From a virus (taxonomy: Duplodnaviria; Caudoviricetes), in the IMG/VR virus record IMGVR_UViG_3300032243_000123, positions 1-39,630 of that record: a stretch of 39,630 bases of DNA, one strand, 5' to 3'. The notes beneath the pieces are model-generated. The model saw only the letters and a program-made list of their open reading frames with translations. It did no database searches and was not told the origin of the DNA. Positions 15,796 to 27,700 of the stretch are shown piece after piece. Every line of letters starts with the position of its first letter. Position 1 is the first letter of the stretch. The translations under genes and the position numbers were made by a program.

Positions 15796-18700
15796 CTTGC
15801 TCGTTGAATTTCTTCATCATTGCAGTTTTACGATCCTTCATTTTTTGTATTGTTTCTTCAGGCCGATCTCTTTCTTGAGCAACTTTTATTTGCTTGTTGA
15901 TTTGAGAGATTTGGTTCTCTAAGTAGTTAGCCCTGTTGTAGTATCTCCATTCTGGATGCTCAGACTTGTATTCAGCAGTAGGTTCCTTGTTTTTGATCAG
16001 GCTCTTGATTTCATTCTCATGCTTTGCTAGACGGGTTACGTTGTCATAGAAGTTAGCTGAGATTGCCGCAGGAGAACCAGTCTCTCCCAAGAATTTACCA
16101 ACGATTGGAACTTTATACGTTGGCACTTCAGCTGTCTCGCCTTCAACAACCGCGCCGGCATACTGAACTGCTTTCATGATTTCACGACCAACACCGCCCG
16201 TTGCTTGCCCAATGAGGTAGTCAATTTCGTCAGCCGTATAGTCTAGAAAGTTAGGGCCTTTTGTGTATTTAGTTCCAGCTGGAGACGATACATAGTTTAA
16301 GAACTCAGAAATGAACTGACCGACAGCGCTTGCACTTTCGCGTGAACGCATGTAACCCGGAGTCGGATTGGTAGCGCGATCCTCTTTGTAGATCGGACGT
16401 CCAAACGCATCCTTGTTTACAGCAATCGCAGCAAATGGATCTGCAACAGTAGGCATAGCCATCTGCCACAAGCTTCCAGAACCAAATGGGTTAAACGCTT
16501 CTACAGTCATTGACATGATATCGACCACTACATCAGAAGCACCTTTTTTACTACTGATGGCGCCATTTTGAGCCAGTATGTATTCTGTGATCAGACGACC
16601 AATTCCGGGGAATATGCTGTAGCCCAAAGGCATTGGGAATACCTTGTAGGTGCCGTCGCCAGTTGGGAAGATAAAGTTCTTTGCCTTGATGAACTCAGGA
16701 GGATCATCATCATCAAACCCTGCCATGGCCATGGCCAGCGCCTGCATAATGCCGATTACTACGCCACCGACCATGATCTTGCGACCAGCTGGACCAGCGA
16801 GAGTGCGGCCAACTTTCAATCCACCTTGTACAGAAGCGTTAAAGAACGCATACAGAACTTGAATCCACTTGCTAGCTGCACCCTTGCGGTTGAAGTTAAC
16901 AGTCAGGTCTTTAGCAATAGCCGCGCCTTCTTGCTCGCTTAAACCTAGACCACCATCTGCAACTGACTTAGTTGCAATATCAAAAGCGGCTAGACGGACG
17001 GCATTTTCCATGGTGTCGTTGTAGTCCGACAACCAACCAAATAAACTATCCGCCATCTGTCTGGCGTTACCACGATCAAGCTTTTCAAGCTCTCTCTCAA
17101 CAATGGTTAATTTGTTTTGGCCTTTGCTGAACTGATCTTTAAAGCCAGTTTTACCACCAGCGTGTCTGTATCTGTTGTAGGCATCAACCCAGTATGAGCT
17201 GACAGCCTTGCCCTTACGGGTAGCGCGCAACTCCCTGTATATGGCGGCCATGGCAGGCATGGTGTTTAGAAGCACTTGCGCTTGTTTTCCAGCAAGAGGT
17301 GTAGCTGTTAAATTAATCGTGGCAGAACCAACGTCGCGTAAGAAGTTCCATGCTCCGAACACTGGGTTGTACTGGGTATTAACCGCAGCCATCCAGCGAG
17401 TTGCACTACCAACAATTCCTAAAATAGTTCCAAGTTGCTCAGACTCTAAGTTCTTAATGGTCTTAGCCATACGCAAAGCGCGTGGATCATTACCATTAAA
17501 AAAGACGTAGCGGTCTTTGCCATTCACGCGAATAGCAAACACGTTGTCACTCTGACGCATCAAAGGATTAACTTGGTACTTAACAAGACCAGTCTTAGGA
17601 TCAATGCTTGGAGTCTTAGGCTCTTGGAATAAGTTCTGTGCATCAATTGGATTTAGCCCAAGGTTGATCAACTCATCTTCAAGCTTCTTCTTGTTCTTAA
17701 TAGCATCAGGGTTAACGGCCATCCAGAAGCCGGGGTTTGGATTGGCAATAACCAGACCATACAGAGCGCGACCAACACGGGCTGCTTCTGCATTGACGAT
17801 TGCTTTCTCACGCTGGACAGCGATGTTAGAAAGAATATCAACGACGTCTTTCAACGAACCCATGGCTCTCTTGTTGAATGCGCCTTTAGTTTGAAGCCCG
17901 CGAGCTATTCCGCTACCAGTATGGACATAATCCAAGTCTGCGCGTTTTAAAGGAACATAGTTTTGATATGTCTTGTTCCAAACGTCAACAGTCTCTTGAG
18001 TTTCTAGACCACCATCCACCACAACTTCTTGAGTTCTTTTTACGATGGCATCAACTTCTTTAGCCAGCGCCTCGAACTTATCCTTCTGGTCTTGGGTTAG
18101 ATTGTTTAGATAAGTGTTTGCGTCATCAGTAAAGATTCCAGATCCACCATCAGGCATAGTTAGATTGATTTTGGCAACCTGAATGTTGTACTCTTCAGCA
18201 TGACGGTTATGGAGATACTCTTCCAGCTCGGCCAGCGTAACTTTTTTCTCACGCATGTCTTTCAGGACGGGTAAAAGTTCCTTGTTGAGGAAATCCTGTA
18301 TGGCCTCTGACGCCCTACCGTGCATTAACGTCTCTTTTGTATAGGCGTCAAAGTTCTCCTGAATTGTTCCAGCACCCTTCTCAATTTCACGAATAACGTG
18401 CTTGAGGTCAACGAACTTGTCGGCCAACTGATACTCAATATCAGTCATGGTTGTTGAGTCTGGCGATGACCACTGAGCTAAGGGGGCTGCGCCACCTTGG
18501 TAGTTCTTAGAGTAAAAAGGCTCTGGAGTTCCAAACAACTTAGGTGCAGAGTCTGCTGCAGCTGCAAACTTCTCTGCGTTCTTGAGCAAAGCCAAGATAT
18601 CGCTGTCGGAGAACTTAATCGTAAAGCCTGCATCTCTGAGCCACCTACGCACAGCTTGGATCACACGCTGTACTAAACCACCATATAAACCACGCTCCGC

Positions 18701-21700
18701 CATGACGGCAACTATCTCTTTAGCACGGCGCTCGTCAGACAGGCCGGGTTGTGTGCGGTCTACTTGGGCTGCAATGTTTTTAACTAGCTTAGAAGTTTCT
18801 TCTAGCGTCAGGACGTTCTTAACCAAGGAACCCATTAACTGTTTGCCAAGCATTGCTTCCAACGCGGCGTGACCGATAGCTTCATGCGCCAGCACCTCTT
18901 GAACACGCTGGGCATTAGGTAAGTTGTCAGCTACAAGGTAGACAGTATTGCCCGAGTACCACACGCCCTCAACATCAGACGGCGCGCACTGGTCTGGCAG
19001 ATCATCAGAAGATTGAACGACGTTAACAGTGATACCTTTGATTGGTACGATTTGAGACTGAACATCTTCAACGCTCTGGCCGCCCTTGGCTACCGTGCGA
19101 GAGAACATGCCCTTCTTAGATTCGCTGTCATCAAATTCAACCTTCATCACCTCGCGGGCAAGTTGACCAAAGTCAGCTTCCACAGTGGCTGGGTAACTTT
19201 TATGCAACTGCTTGATGAGTGAAACTATCTTGGCTGGGTCTGATATAGATGATCCACCAGACATCTCATAGCGCCCACCCTTTTTAGCCATGGGGATGTC
19301 TTTGATGGACGTAACAAACTTCTTGGGCGCGTCACCAGATACAGACAACCTAAAGCCAGTAGGCCTGTAGCTATCTAGACTTAGAGTCCATAGATTCTGT
19401 GTGCCACGGATAACGACGTTGGTATAGGTACTCTTTTGAAGATCAATAAACGTCTGGAAGTCAGGCAGATTTGGCAGCAATAATGGTTTGAGCTGATCTG
19501 AAATAGCTTGGTATTCTTGTACGCCAGTATCGTCAGCCTTCTTCTGCACAATCTTTTGCCAAGCCGACAATGTGTATTGCACGGCAGCATTAGGATTACG
19601 CAAGCGTACAGGCTGTGCGCTGATAGCTACAGGCTGGTACTTGGCAGGCATGATCACACCAGAGACTGGCTCTGTCTGATTCATCAGGGTGAACTTAGCA
19701 ATCTCACCGCCGTCTTTGTCAAACAACTGTGCCGCTCTCAAGATGTTTCCAAGAGCAACGTATCGAGTAGTGCGACCACCAGTTACTGACTTGAGAGCAA
19801 ACCACTGATCCAACGGAGGATTGCGCCATGAAGAGCTTTGGTCAATGCTCGGACCTTCCAAGGTAGCCAAGGTAGGAGCAACCCTTCCCTCTGGAATGTT
19901 GCGCTTGAAGATGACTTGGAAGTTAGATGGTGAGTATGGGTTACCAGTCTTGGACTTTCCAATCCTAGTTTTGTCTACCTTGATACCAATAACAACCGCG
20001 CTTGCTGGAACATTATTTAGCATGAACGATTCAAAGCCAGTACCAATTGCATACTGGTTTCTTAACTCGCTCAAGGTTCTTTCTCTACGCTCACCAAGAG
20101 TTGCAAACTGCAAGTCCAAGGCTTCTTTTTGCTTTGTCAGTACTTCAATGTCTTTTTCAGTAGCTTCAGGCGCTGCAATTGCTGCGGATAAAGTTCCTTG
20201 CTTCAAGATAATCTGGTTTCTTACCTCAACAAAAATTGTATTGAGCTCGGTGTCAATCTCTTCTACAACCTGTTGAGCAGTACGGCCGTTCAAAGCTTGG
20301 GCAATATCGTCCTCAATGTTTTGCTGGGTAGGTATCGAACCAATAACGTCCACGTTCAACTGAGCCATCACCACATCAGTTAGGAATGGGTTGGAGCTGT
20401 CCAAACCTTCCTCGATAAGGTTCTCTTTAATCATCTCTGCATTGAGCGGGAGGACGCGGCGCTCTAGGGCGTTGGTGCCTGTAGAGTTGCGTAACTCAAT
20501 CTCAGCCAAGTAACTAGCCTCAATAGAGTCAAAGAACTCCTGTTGATCTGCTGAAGACAGTAGACCAGCTGTGCCAGAGGCTTTGTGAGCCAAGTCTGTG
20601 CCAGCTTGTTCTGCGGGATCGTTAAACAAAGGCTGGCCTAAAAACTCGCGGATGTCAGCATGTTCGTTCAAGTACTCAGCAGTAGCAACGTCACCATATC
20701 TATTGATAAAGTCAACGCCGTTTACCTTGGTGCTACTAGAGCCGCCAGAAGTATTGGACTTCAAGCTGGATAACTTTTTACGAAGCATAGCCAAGATGCG
20801 TCTCTCAGCTGGGATGCCAGTAGCCAGCATGGTGAACGATGGCCACTCTACTTGACCAGTGCGGTGGATACGACCCAGCAACTGGATAAACACGCTGATG
20901 TCTCCATGAGGCTGGAGCACAACCATATGGCGTGGACGCTGATCAAAAGCCTCGGTAGATGCGTGTAACGAAATACCAGTCGCACCGGCAGAGTTAATAA
21001 TCAATACATCGATTGGGCCGTTTTGAGAGTCTTCACCGTTCTGGAACGAGGAGATCATCGCAACCCGCTCTGGGTTGTTTAGCGCCATGTACTTAGGAGT
21101 ATCGCCACGGTAATCTACCGCAGTGTTGCGTCCAGTGATCTCTTTGACCACCAAGTGTCTAGCTTTAACTCCGGGTGGAGGATCATTTCCAACTTGAGTC
21201 TTTCCATCAACTATCCAAACATATTTGTTCTCTAGCTGAGTACGCATGTAGTCAATAGGAGCTACAGGCAAATCAGACTGGAAGTCCTTGAGCATGTTGG
21301 CCAAGTTGTCGTAGCCGGCCCTGACTGAAGGAGGCATCATTGAATATGGAACTTCAATCTTGATGTTGTCCTTCTTATTGCCAGTAGCCGACTTCAGCGT
21401 GACTTTTCTAGTCGAGTCAATCGCGCGCTGGAGGAGAGTTTGCCAACCAAAGTTAGGAATCTCATCGCCTACTTTGATGCCGTTTTTTGTAACAAAGTCA
21501 TCTAGCGCACTGCCGTTTGTGTTCTGCAGACCAACAACAACTTTTTCATTGTTGTTCATCTTGTCCACCACCATGTCTACGGCGGTTTGAGTCTTGGTAG
21601 ACAGCAGCAGGGTGCCAATGTAGTTGTGAACTACAGAGGTAAACATGTTGGCTTTGGCTTCTGTAAACGCAGTGGGGCCAATTTTTCCAAGCATTGAGCC

Positions 21701-24700
21701 GGGTGGGCCAAACGTCTTAATAAGCTCTTCTTGAATTGCAGCCGACTTCATCCACTCTTTGAGCGCGCGATCAGCATTGACCAAAGCTCTTAGGATGGTT
21801 GTAACTTTATCCACTTCACGGATATCGCGTGGAGCGTTGGCCTCGTCTGTAACAAAATCCATCGTCACGCCTTCATACGATCTTTCGCGGCGTAGCATTG
21901 AACCAGACTCAACCAGCATTTCAGATGAAACTTGTTGTAAGACGTCTGTCTTCACGCCCTTACCAAACAAGGCTGTTAACTCTTCTGGAGTGTTAGCCGC
22001 ATAGCGTAAGTTGGTGTGGATGTACAAAGGCATGTTGTCTGGGCGTTTTGCAAACGTCGCAGACAAGTACACGGCAGGAGGTGGCTGCCAATCTTCAGGA
22101 GCATCCTTGTCTTTGCCAAGCAAGTTAATACCTGTGAGCAGAGACATAAAGAATGCGTTCTGACCCATGGAGTCTGGGTTAGTTGGAATACCAGCCGCGT
22201 TGTGAGCTTCGTCCATGATGAGGACGGCTTTGCCAGCGGCTACCAAGGAAGCTATTGCACCCTGTCTAGCTGGAGAGCCTGCCCCGCCATTAAGCTGGGA
22301 ATATGCTGTAAACAATACGTCCATGCCTTTAGGCAGCTCACCATTCTTGGTGATGTAAGACATCAAATCTGGGCCGGCCTTGCCCTTGTTCTCAAATACA
22401 ACCTTAGTCTGGCCGTTACCAATGTTCTTTTGAATCATTGATTCATTGTTGGTCATGCCAATCTTGATATCTTCATGGCCAATGTTGCTCAAGTCTTCAT
22501 ACATCGCGGTGTATAAAGAATCACTGAGTGTCACAAAGATTGGTATCTTCCCGTTCTTTTTAGCCCAGACAATCATGGCAGCTGCAGCACGGCCTTTACC
22601 CACGCCGGTGTCGTCACCAATGATGAAGCCCTTACCAAGCTTGTTAGCCTGAATAGCCAGAGCCAGTCCGTCTATCTGGTAACCAGCTAATCCTTTAGCC
22701 ATCTTTTCAACTGATGGGTATCCAAGTTCGTTAGCTACAAACTCATCAATGCTTCCGACTTGAGCTTCTAGTCTCTCTAGTGCTGAGTAAGCGTGTTGTG
22801 ACTGAGCGCGTGGCAGGTATATGCCATCGCTAGAGAAGCGTGACTTGCCAAGGTAGACAACGCGGGATTCAGTATCAATAGGTTCGGCTTGGACTGGGGT
22901 TTGGTTTTTGGGGCGGCGTTGCACCACTGCGCGCAGGCTGTCCACAAACGTGCGTAGGTGAGCCTTGATTGCGTCACCAAATTTGGTAACCAGCAAGGCA
23001 TAGACTTGCTTGATGCGCTGGCTTGCATCGCTAACCTTTTCTCCAATGGCATTCCATACCTTCTGGATGATTGGTTGGACGTTGGCGTAATCTTGGTCAC
23101 CTTTTCTAGAGTACAACCCGCTGTTTGGGTCATCGCTAGTGTTCTTAGTGTTCTGGGCAATACGACCCATAGCTTCTTCAGCTTGCTTGTCTAAGCGCGC
23201 TTGGCTATCTTCTGGTGTAGTTTCTTTTACTACCTCGGGAGCTTTGCCGTTCAGGGCAACATCTAACTCATCGAGTAAAGCCTCAAGACCTAAGCCTTCC
23301 AACTCTTTTGGAATAACTGTTGGGCCTTTAGCTGTCGGTGTTCTTGGCGCTCTTGGAGCACCAGCTTCTTTCGAAGCTCCGCGAGGTGCGCGTGGGCCAC
23401 CTTTAACTTTTTCTGGTTTACCTAGTTCATCAAAGATGGAGTCTAGGTCTACGTCAGAAAGTCCTCCCAGTTCATTTTCTGATCCTCTACCGCTATCAGC
23501 GCCTCTTTCTGAGCTGCCGGCTTCGCCACTGTTGGATCCCCCTCGTTTATTTTTTCCAATATCCGGCTGCTGTTCTCCAGCACCAGCTGCACCAGCTGTT
23601 CCTCGTCCCCCACCGGCGGTAGTTCCAGCGCCCCGTCCTGTTGCAGGTAGTTGTTCGCCGACGCCAGCGACCTCTCCAGCCCCCACTCCTCCGCTAGGCT
23701 CTCCATTTTCCAACGTACCGCCTGTTGGTACTCCTCCGGCTGGTCGATTTGCACCGCCAGTAGCTGGCTGTTTTTTTCCGGTACCCACCACGACTTGTTG
23801 GCTACGATCACTGGTTTGAACATATCTACTCCAAAGTTCATCAAATGTAGTTATCCGACTGATGTTGAAGTCACTTGGATAAGCGTTTTCCGTTTGGTTA
23901 CGACCGGCAATAACTAGGACGCGCAACGGCCAAGACGCACCCTGTTTACGATATAAATTGCCGGCGATTTCATAATGGTCTACTACGTTGTAGTTGCCAT
24001 ATAACCAGTTCAAGAATACACGGTCTGTGGAAGTTACTGTTCCAGCTTTAGGATGTGCTCCTAGTATTAATACAGCACGGCCGTTATTAGCCATAGCGCG
24101 TAAAGACTTGGCCGCAATCAATTGATCCAAAGTGCCAATCTTGTAGTTCTGGCCAGTCCAAGATGGAACTTGTTCCGGAGTTGACAAAGCACCAAACGGA
24201 GGGTTAGTCAAGACTACGTCAACTTCTTGATCTCTTAGGTCATTGATTTTCTCAAGAGCATCACCTTCAATCACGTTGCCAATTTGCATCAGCTCCATGT
24301 TTTTAGCACGGTGTGGGTCTAGCTCAATCGTTGTGACGTTCTGTGGGTTGGCCGCAACCACCAGCATCCCGTTACCACCCGTGGGGTCAAGGACTGTAGT
24401 GGTGGACTTAACTTGTGCCAGCATACCGGCTAAGTAACCGATAGGCAGGGGTGTGGAGTAAGCGTTGTTTGTCTTACTTAGGACAGATTGAACGTCCAAT
24501 GTGGGTTGGGTTTGATACAGGCCAACGATGTGATCGTAGATAGCCTTTGTATCTGATCCCTCAGTTCTCATGTCAGTAATGACTTGACTGACAAAGCGTA
24601 CAGCTGCGGCCTCAAAGTCTTCTTGAGTTTGCTTGAGTTTGACGCGGTCGCCCTCAAAGTCGGCAATCTTGTATCTTTCTATCTCGCGCTGATCTTTGGC

Positions 24701-27700
24701 CGGGTTAAAACCAAGCAACTCAGGGTTCTGTAAATAGGCTTTGATGCCGTACTCTGCCAGCTCGCGGTTGTTCTTTGGCCACCAGCCTTGACGCATGTGA
24801 TAGAACATGGACTCAGCCATTGAGCCGTTCTTAATCTCGGGCCACTTGAATAGACCCATCTCTTCCATGATGACATCAACGCGCTTTGCCATGTCAATGA
24901 TTTGCTGATTGACTTTGCTCAACTGCATCATTTCTGGTGTCAATACTCTCTCTTCACCATCACGTTTAGCCTTGGCTTCTTTAGCGTCGTCTTCGTTCTT
25001 AAACCACTGCAGGCCACCATAGGAGCCTGAATCTAAGTTGTACTGATCCAAGACGGCATAGCCTAAGTCTTCAATAAAGACAATCTTGGTTTCCATTTTG
25101 TAAGTCTTGACTGCCAGAGTCTCTGGGTCAATCTGTTCAAGCATCTGCTTGTAGACTTCATTAAGAAGTGGGCGCTCCTTGCCTGCTGGGTAGGCTGTTC
25201 CGCCGTAACCATTCTTCTTTGATATGTATCCATCAGCAACAGTAGGGCCGACTAGATATGGTGATCCACCCTTGGATGCATCGAACAACATAGCCTCAAA
25301 TGCGCGAGACAAAAGCTCTACGTTGGAACTCCAGTAGGCAGGGGTTTTACCTTCTTTCTCGTCTAAAGCGCGGGCATCTCTAAAGTATTGAGTTTGTTTA
25401 AATGAGTTTCTAAAGATTGGCGCTTGCTCATAGTAAGAGCGGTTTGTAATAGCAGCAAAGAACGCTTTCTTAGGAGGTAGATTGCGGTTGTCGGTGCTGT
25501 TAGCCGTGTCACGCAAAATAGCTTTTAGATTGTTCTCTACTGTCTCAGGGTCTATCGTATTTTTAAGGACGCTGACTGTTCCATCCATCAGCTTTTTGCC
25601 ATTAGCTTCCTGCTGAAGATTCCAATCTAGGCCGTGCTGCCACTCATGGCCTAACGATCCGTCGCCTTTGGTCTTGGTAAGGTTGATCTCGTTTAACTTA
25701 GGATAGTAATGAGCTGCAGTTCTGCCGCCCCTACCCTGCGCTCCAATAGCCATCTTGAGCTTCTCGCCCAAGCCAAGCATCTTTGGAGAGATACCAGAGA
25801 CATCCGCCAAGTCGTACATGGCGTCATAGATAGCATTCAGATGAGCCGCGCGCTCGCTTTGGTTAACCCAGTTACCAAAGTCAATACCGCCGGGGAACAT
25901 TCCAAACGTATCTACAAAGTCTTTTGTATCAACGTCACGGCCTTGACGGTGATCACGCATACCACGGCGAATGATGTTGCCTAACTCTGGTGGTACTTCA
26001 GCGTCCTTTTTAACAACGCGGTTAGTTTGGTCAGTAGAGTCTTGAGTATCGGCTGGAAATAACTGATACAACCTATTAAATAGTCCGGTTAAGTTATTTG
26101 ATTTTAACTTGTCGCGCAACTCACGACCATCTATGGTGTATTTTGCTGAACCACTTGCATTTTCATCTTTAACGTACTTTTCTCTTAGCGCAGTATCAAG
26201 TTCAGTTATGCGGGAATGAGAGTCAAATACTTTTTGTAGATCTTGAAGTGCTTCTACATAACTTTGTAAATACTGCTGAACTTGAGTTTCCCCACCATTG
26301 GTTAGGGCAAACTTAATAGCCTGACGGCTACCCATTCTGTCTGATATGCGAAACCCACTTTTTTCTTTAATAGCTGAAAGTAAATAGTCAGAGGCGGGCA
26401 TCACAACGCTTAAAACGCCTTCTTTGTACAGCATTGTTCCAAACGAGTTGTCTGGGTTTGAATTGATGTCAAGCAACTTGTCTAAAGACACGGCATCCAG
26501 CATCTTGCTGATCTGGGCGTCTGTGGCGTCTTTAGGTACTGGAGGAGCGGTAATTAAACCTTTGCGGTTTTTAACAAACTCAGCACCACCGCCTTGGATA
26601 CTTACCTTCTCAGGCTTGTATAGCGCGGAAATAGTTATAAGCTCAGGGCCTGTATAAGATGGGTCATCTGTAGTCGCTTGGACTGACCGATCTGTAATAC
26701 GAAACTTATACTTACTTAAAGCCGCTTCAATATCCGATACATTGCTTAAATAAACGGGGATGCGTAACAACATCTCATCAGGGAAGATGACGGGCATCAG
26801 GTCTTCGGCTACGGCATTTCCATATAGAAGAGACGCAACAGCATCCGCGTTGCCCTCTTCCATGGCAACCTTCATAGGATTTTTATTAAATTCCTCTACC
26901 TTTTTCTTTTGCTCTTCAGCCTTAGCTTTTTCTTCCTCAGCTTTAGCTTTCTCTTCTTCAGAGACTTCTACCTTTGGAGGCTTAGGCGCTTTAGGTGGAG
27001 CAGCAGGTCCGCCTGTAGGCTTCTCAGGCTCTTTGACAGGCGCAGCTGGGCCAGTTACAGGAGCAGGCTCTGCAGGCTTCTCTGTAACTTCTGCTGGTTT
27101 CTCAGTAACTTCGGCAGGCTTTTCTTCTGCTGGTGCAACTTGTTCCGGTGCAAGACTATTACGCAATGCTTTAATAGTTCCAACGGGGTCAGTTCTTAAA
27201 CCCTCGTTGATTTTCATTATTTGAGCAGTGCCTAGCCTCTTGCCAATTTCAGATTGAGCAAATCGCTCAGGACTCATTCGTCCTTTGTTAGCGCTGTCTT
27301 CCAGAGCTTCTAATTCAAAGTCGGCGTCTTCCAAAGAAAGCGGATCCAAGCCTTCGTAAGCAGGACTTTCTAACAACGTATATTTAAATCCTGTTGGTAC
27401 GGGAGATTCCGGTGCGGGAGCTTCTTCAACTTTAACTGGTTCAGTTGGGCCAGCTGTAACTTCAGCAGGCGCTTCTGGTGCAGCAGGCTCCGCTACTTTT
27501 TCAGGAGCAGCTGGGCCGGCAGTTGGAGCCGTTGGCTTGATGTTGAATAGCTCTGGATATTTTTGAACATATTGGCTAACACCTCTAGGAGCTTCCTTCA
27601 TTCCTTCAGCCAAAGCCACGGCTTCATTTATACCAATACCGCCCCTGCGTATAACGGTTTCTAAAGTCTGTCCTCCAAACAAAGGTATTTTTGTATTTAA

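Noticed and set aside
22777-23160. Second same-strand alternative-frame ORF in the giant gene (also 24679-24897, 19381-19590, 28245-28469)
   Set aside because: No convincing RBS, Ser/Thr/Cys/Arg-rich shadow composition, and the main frame there looks like a normal folded domain
23139-23819. 226-aa + strand Pro/Ser-rich ORF
   Set aside because: Antisense mirror of the Gly-rich linker; low complexity and no RBS
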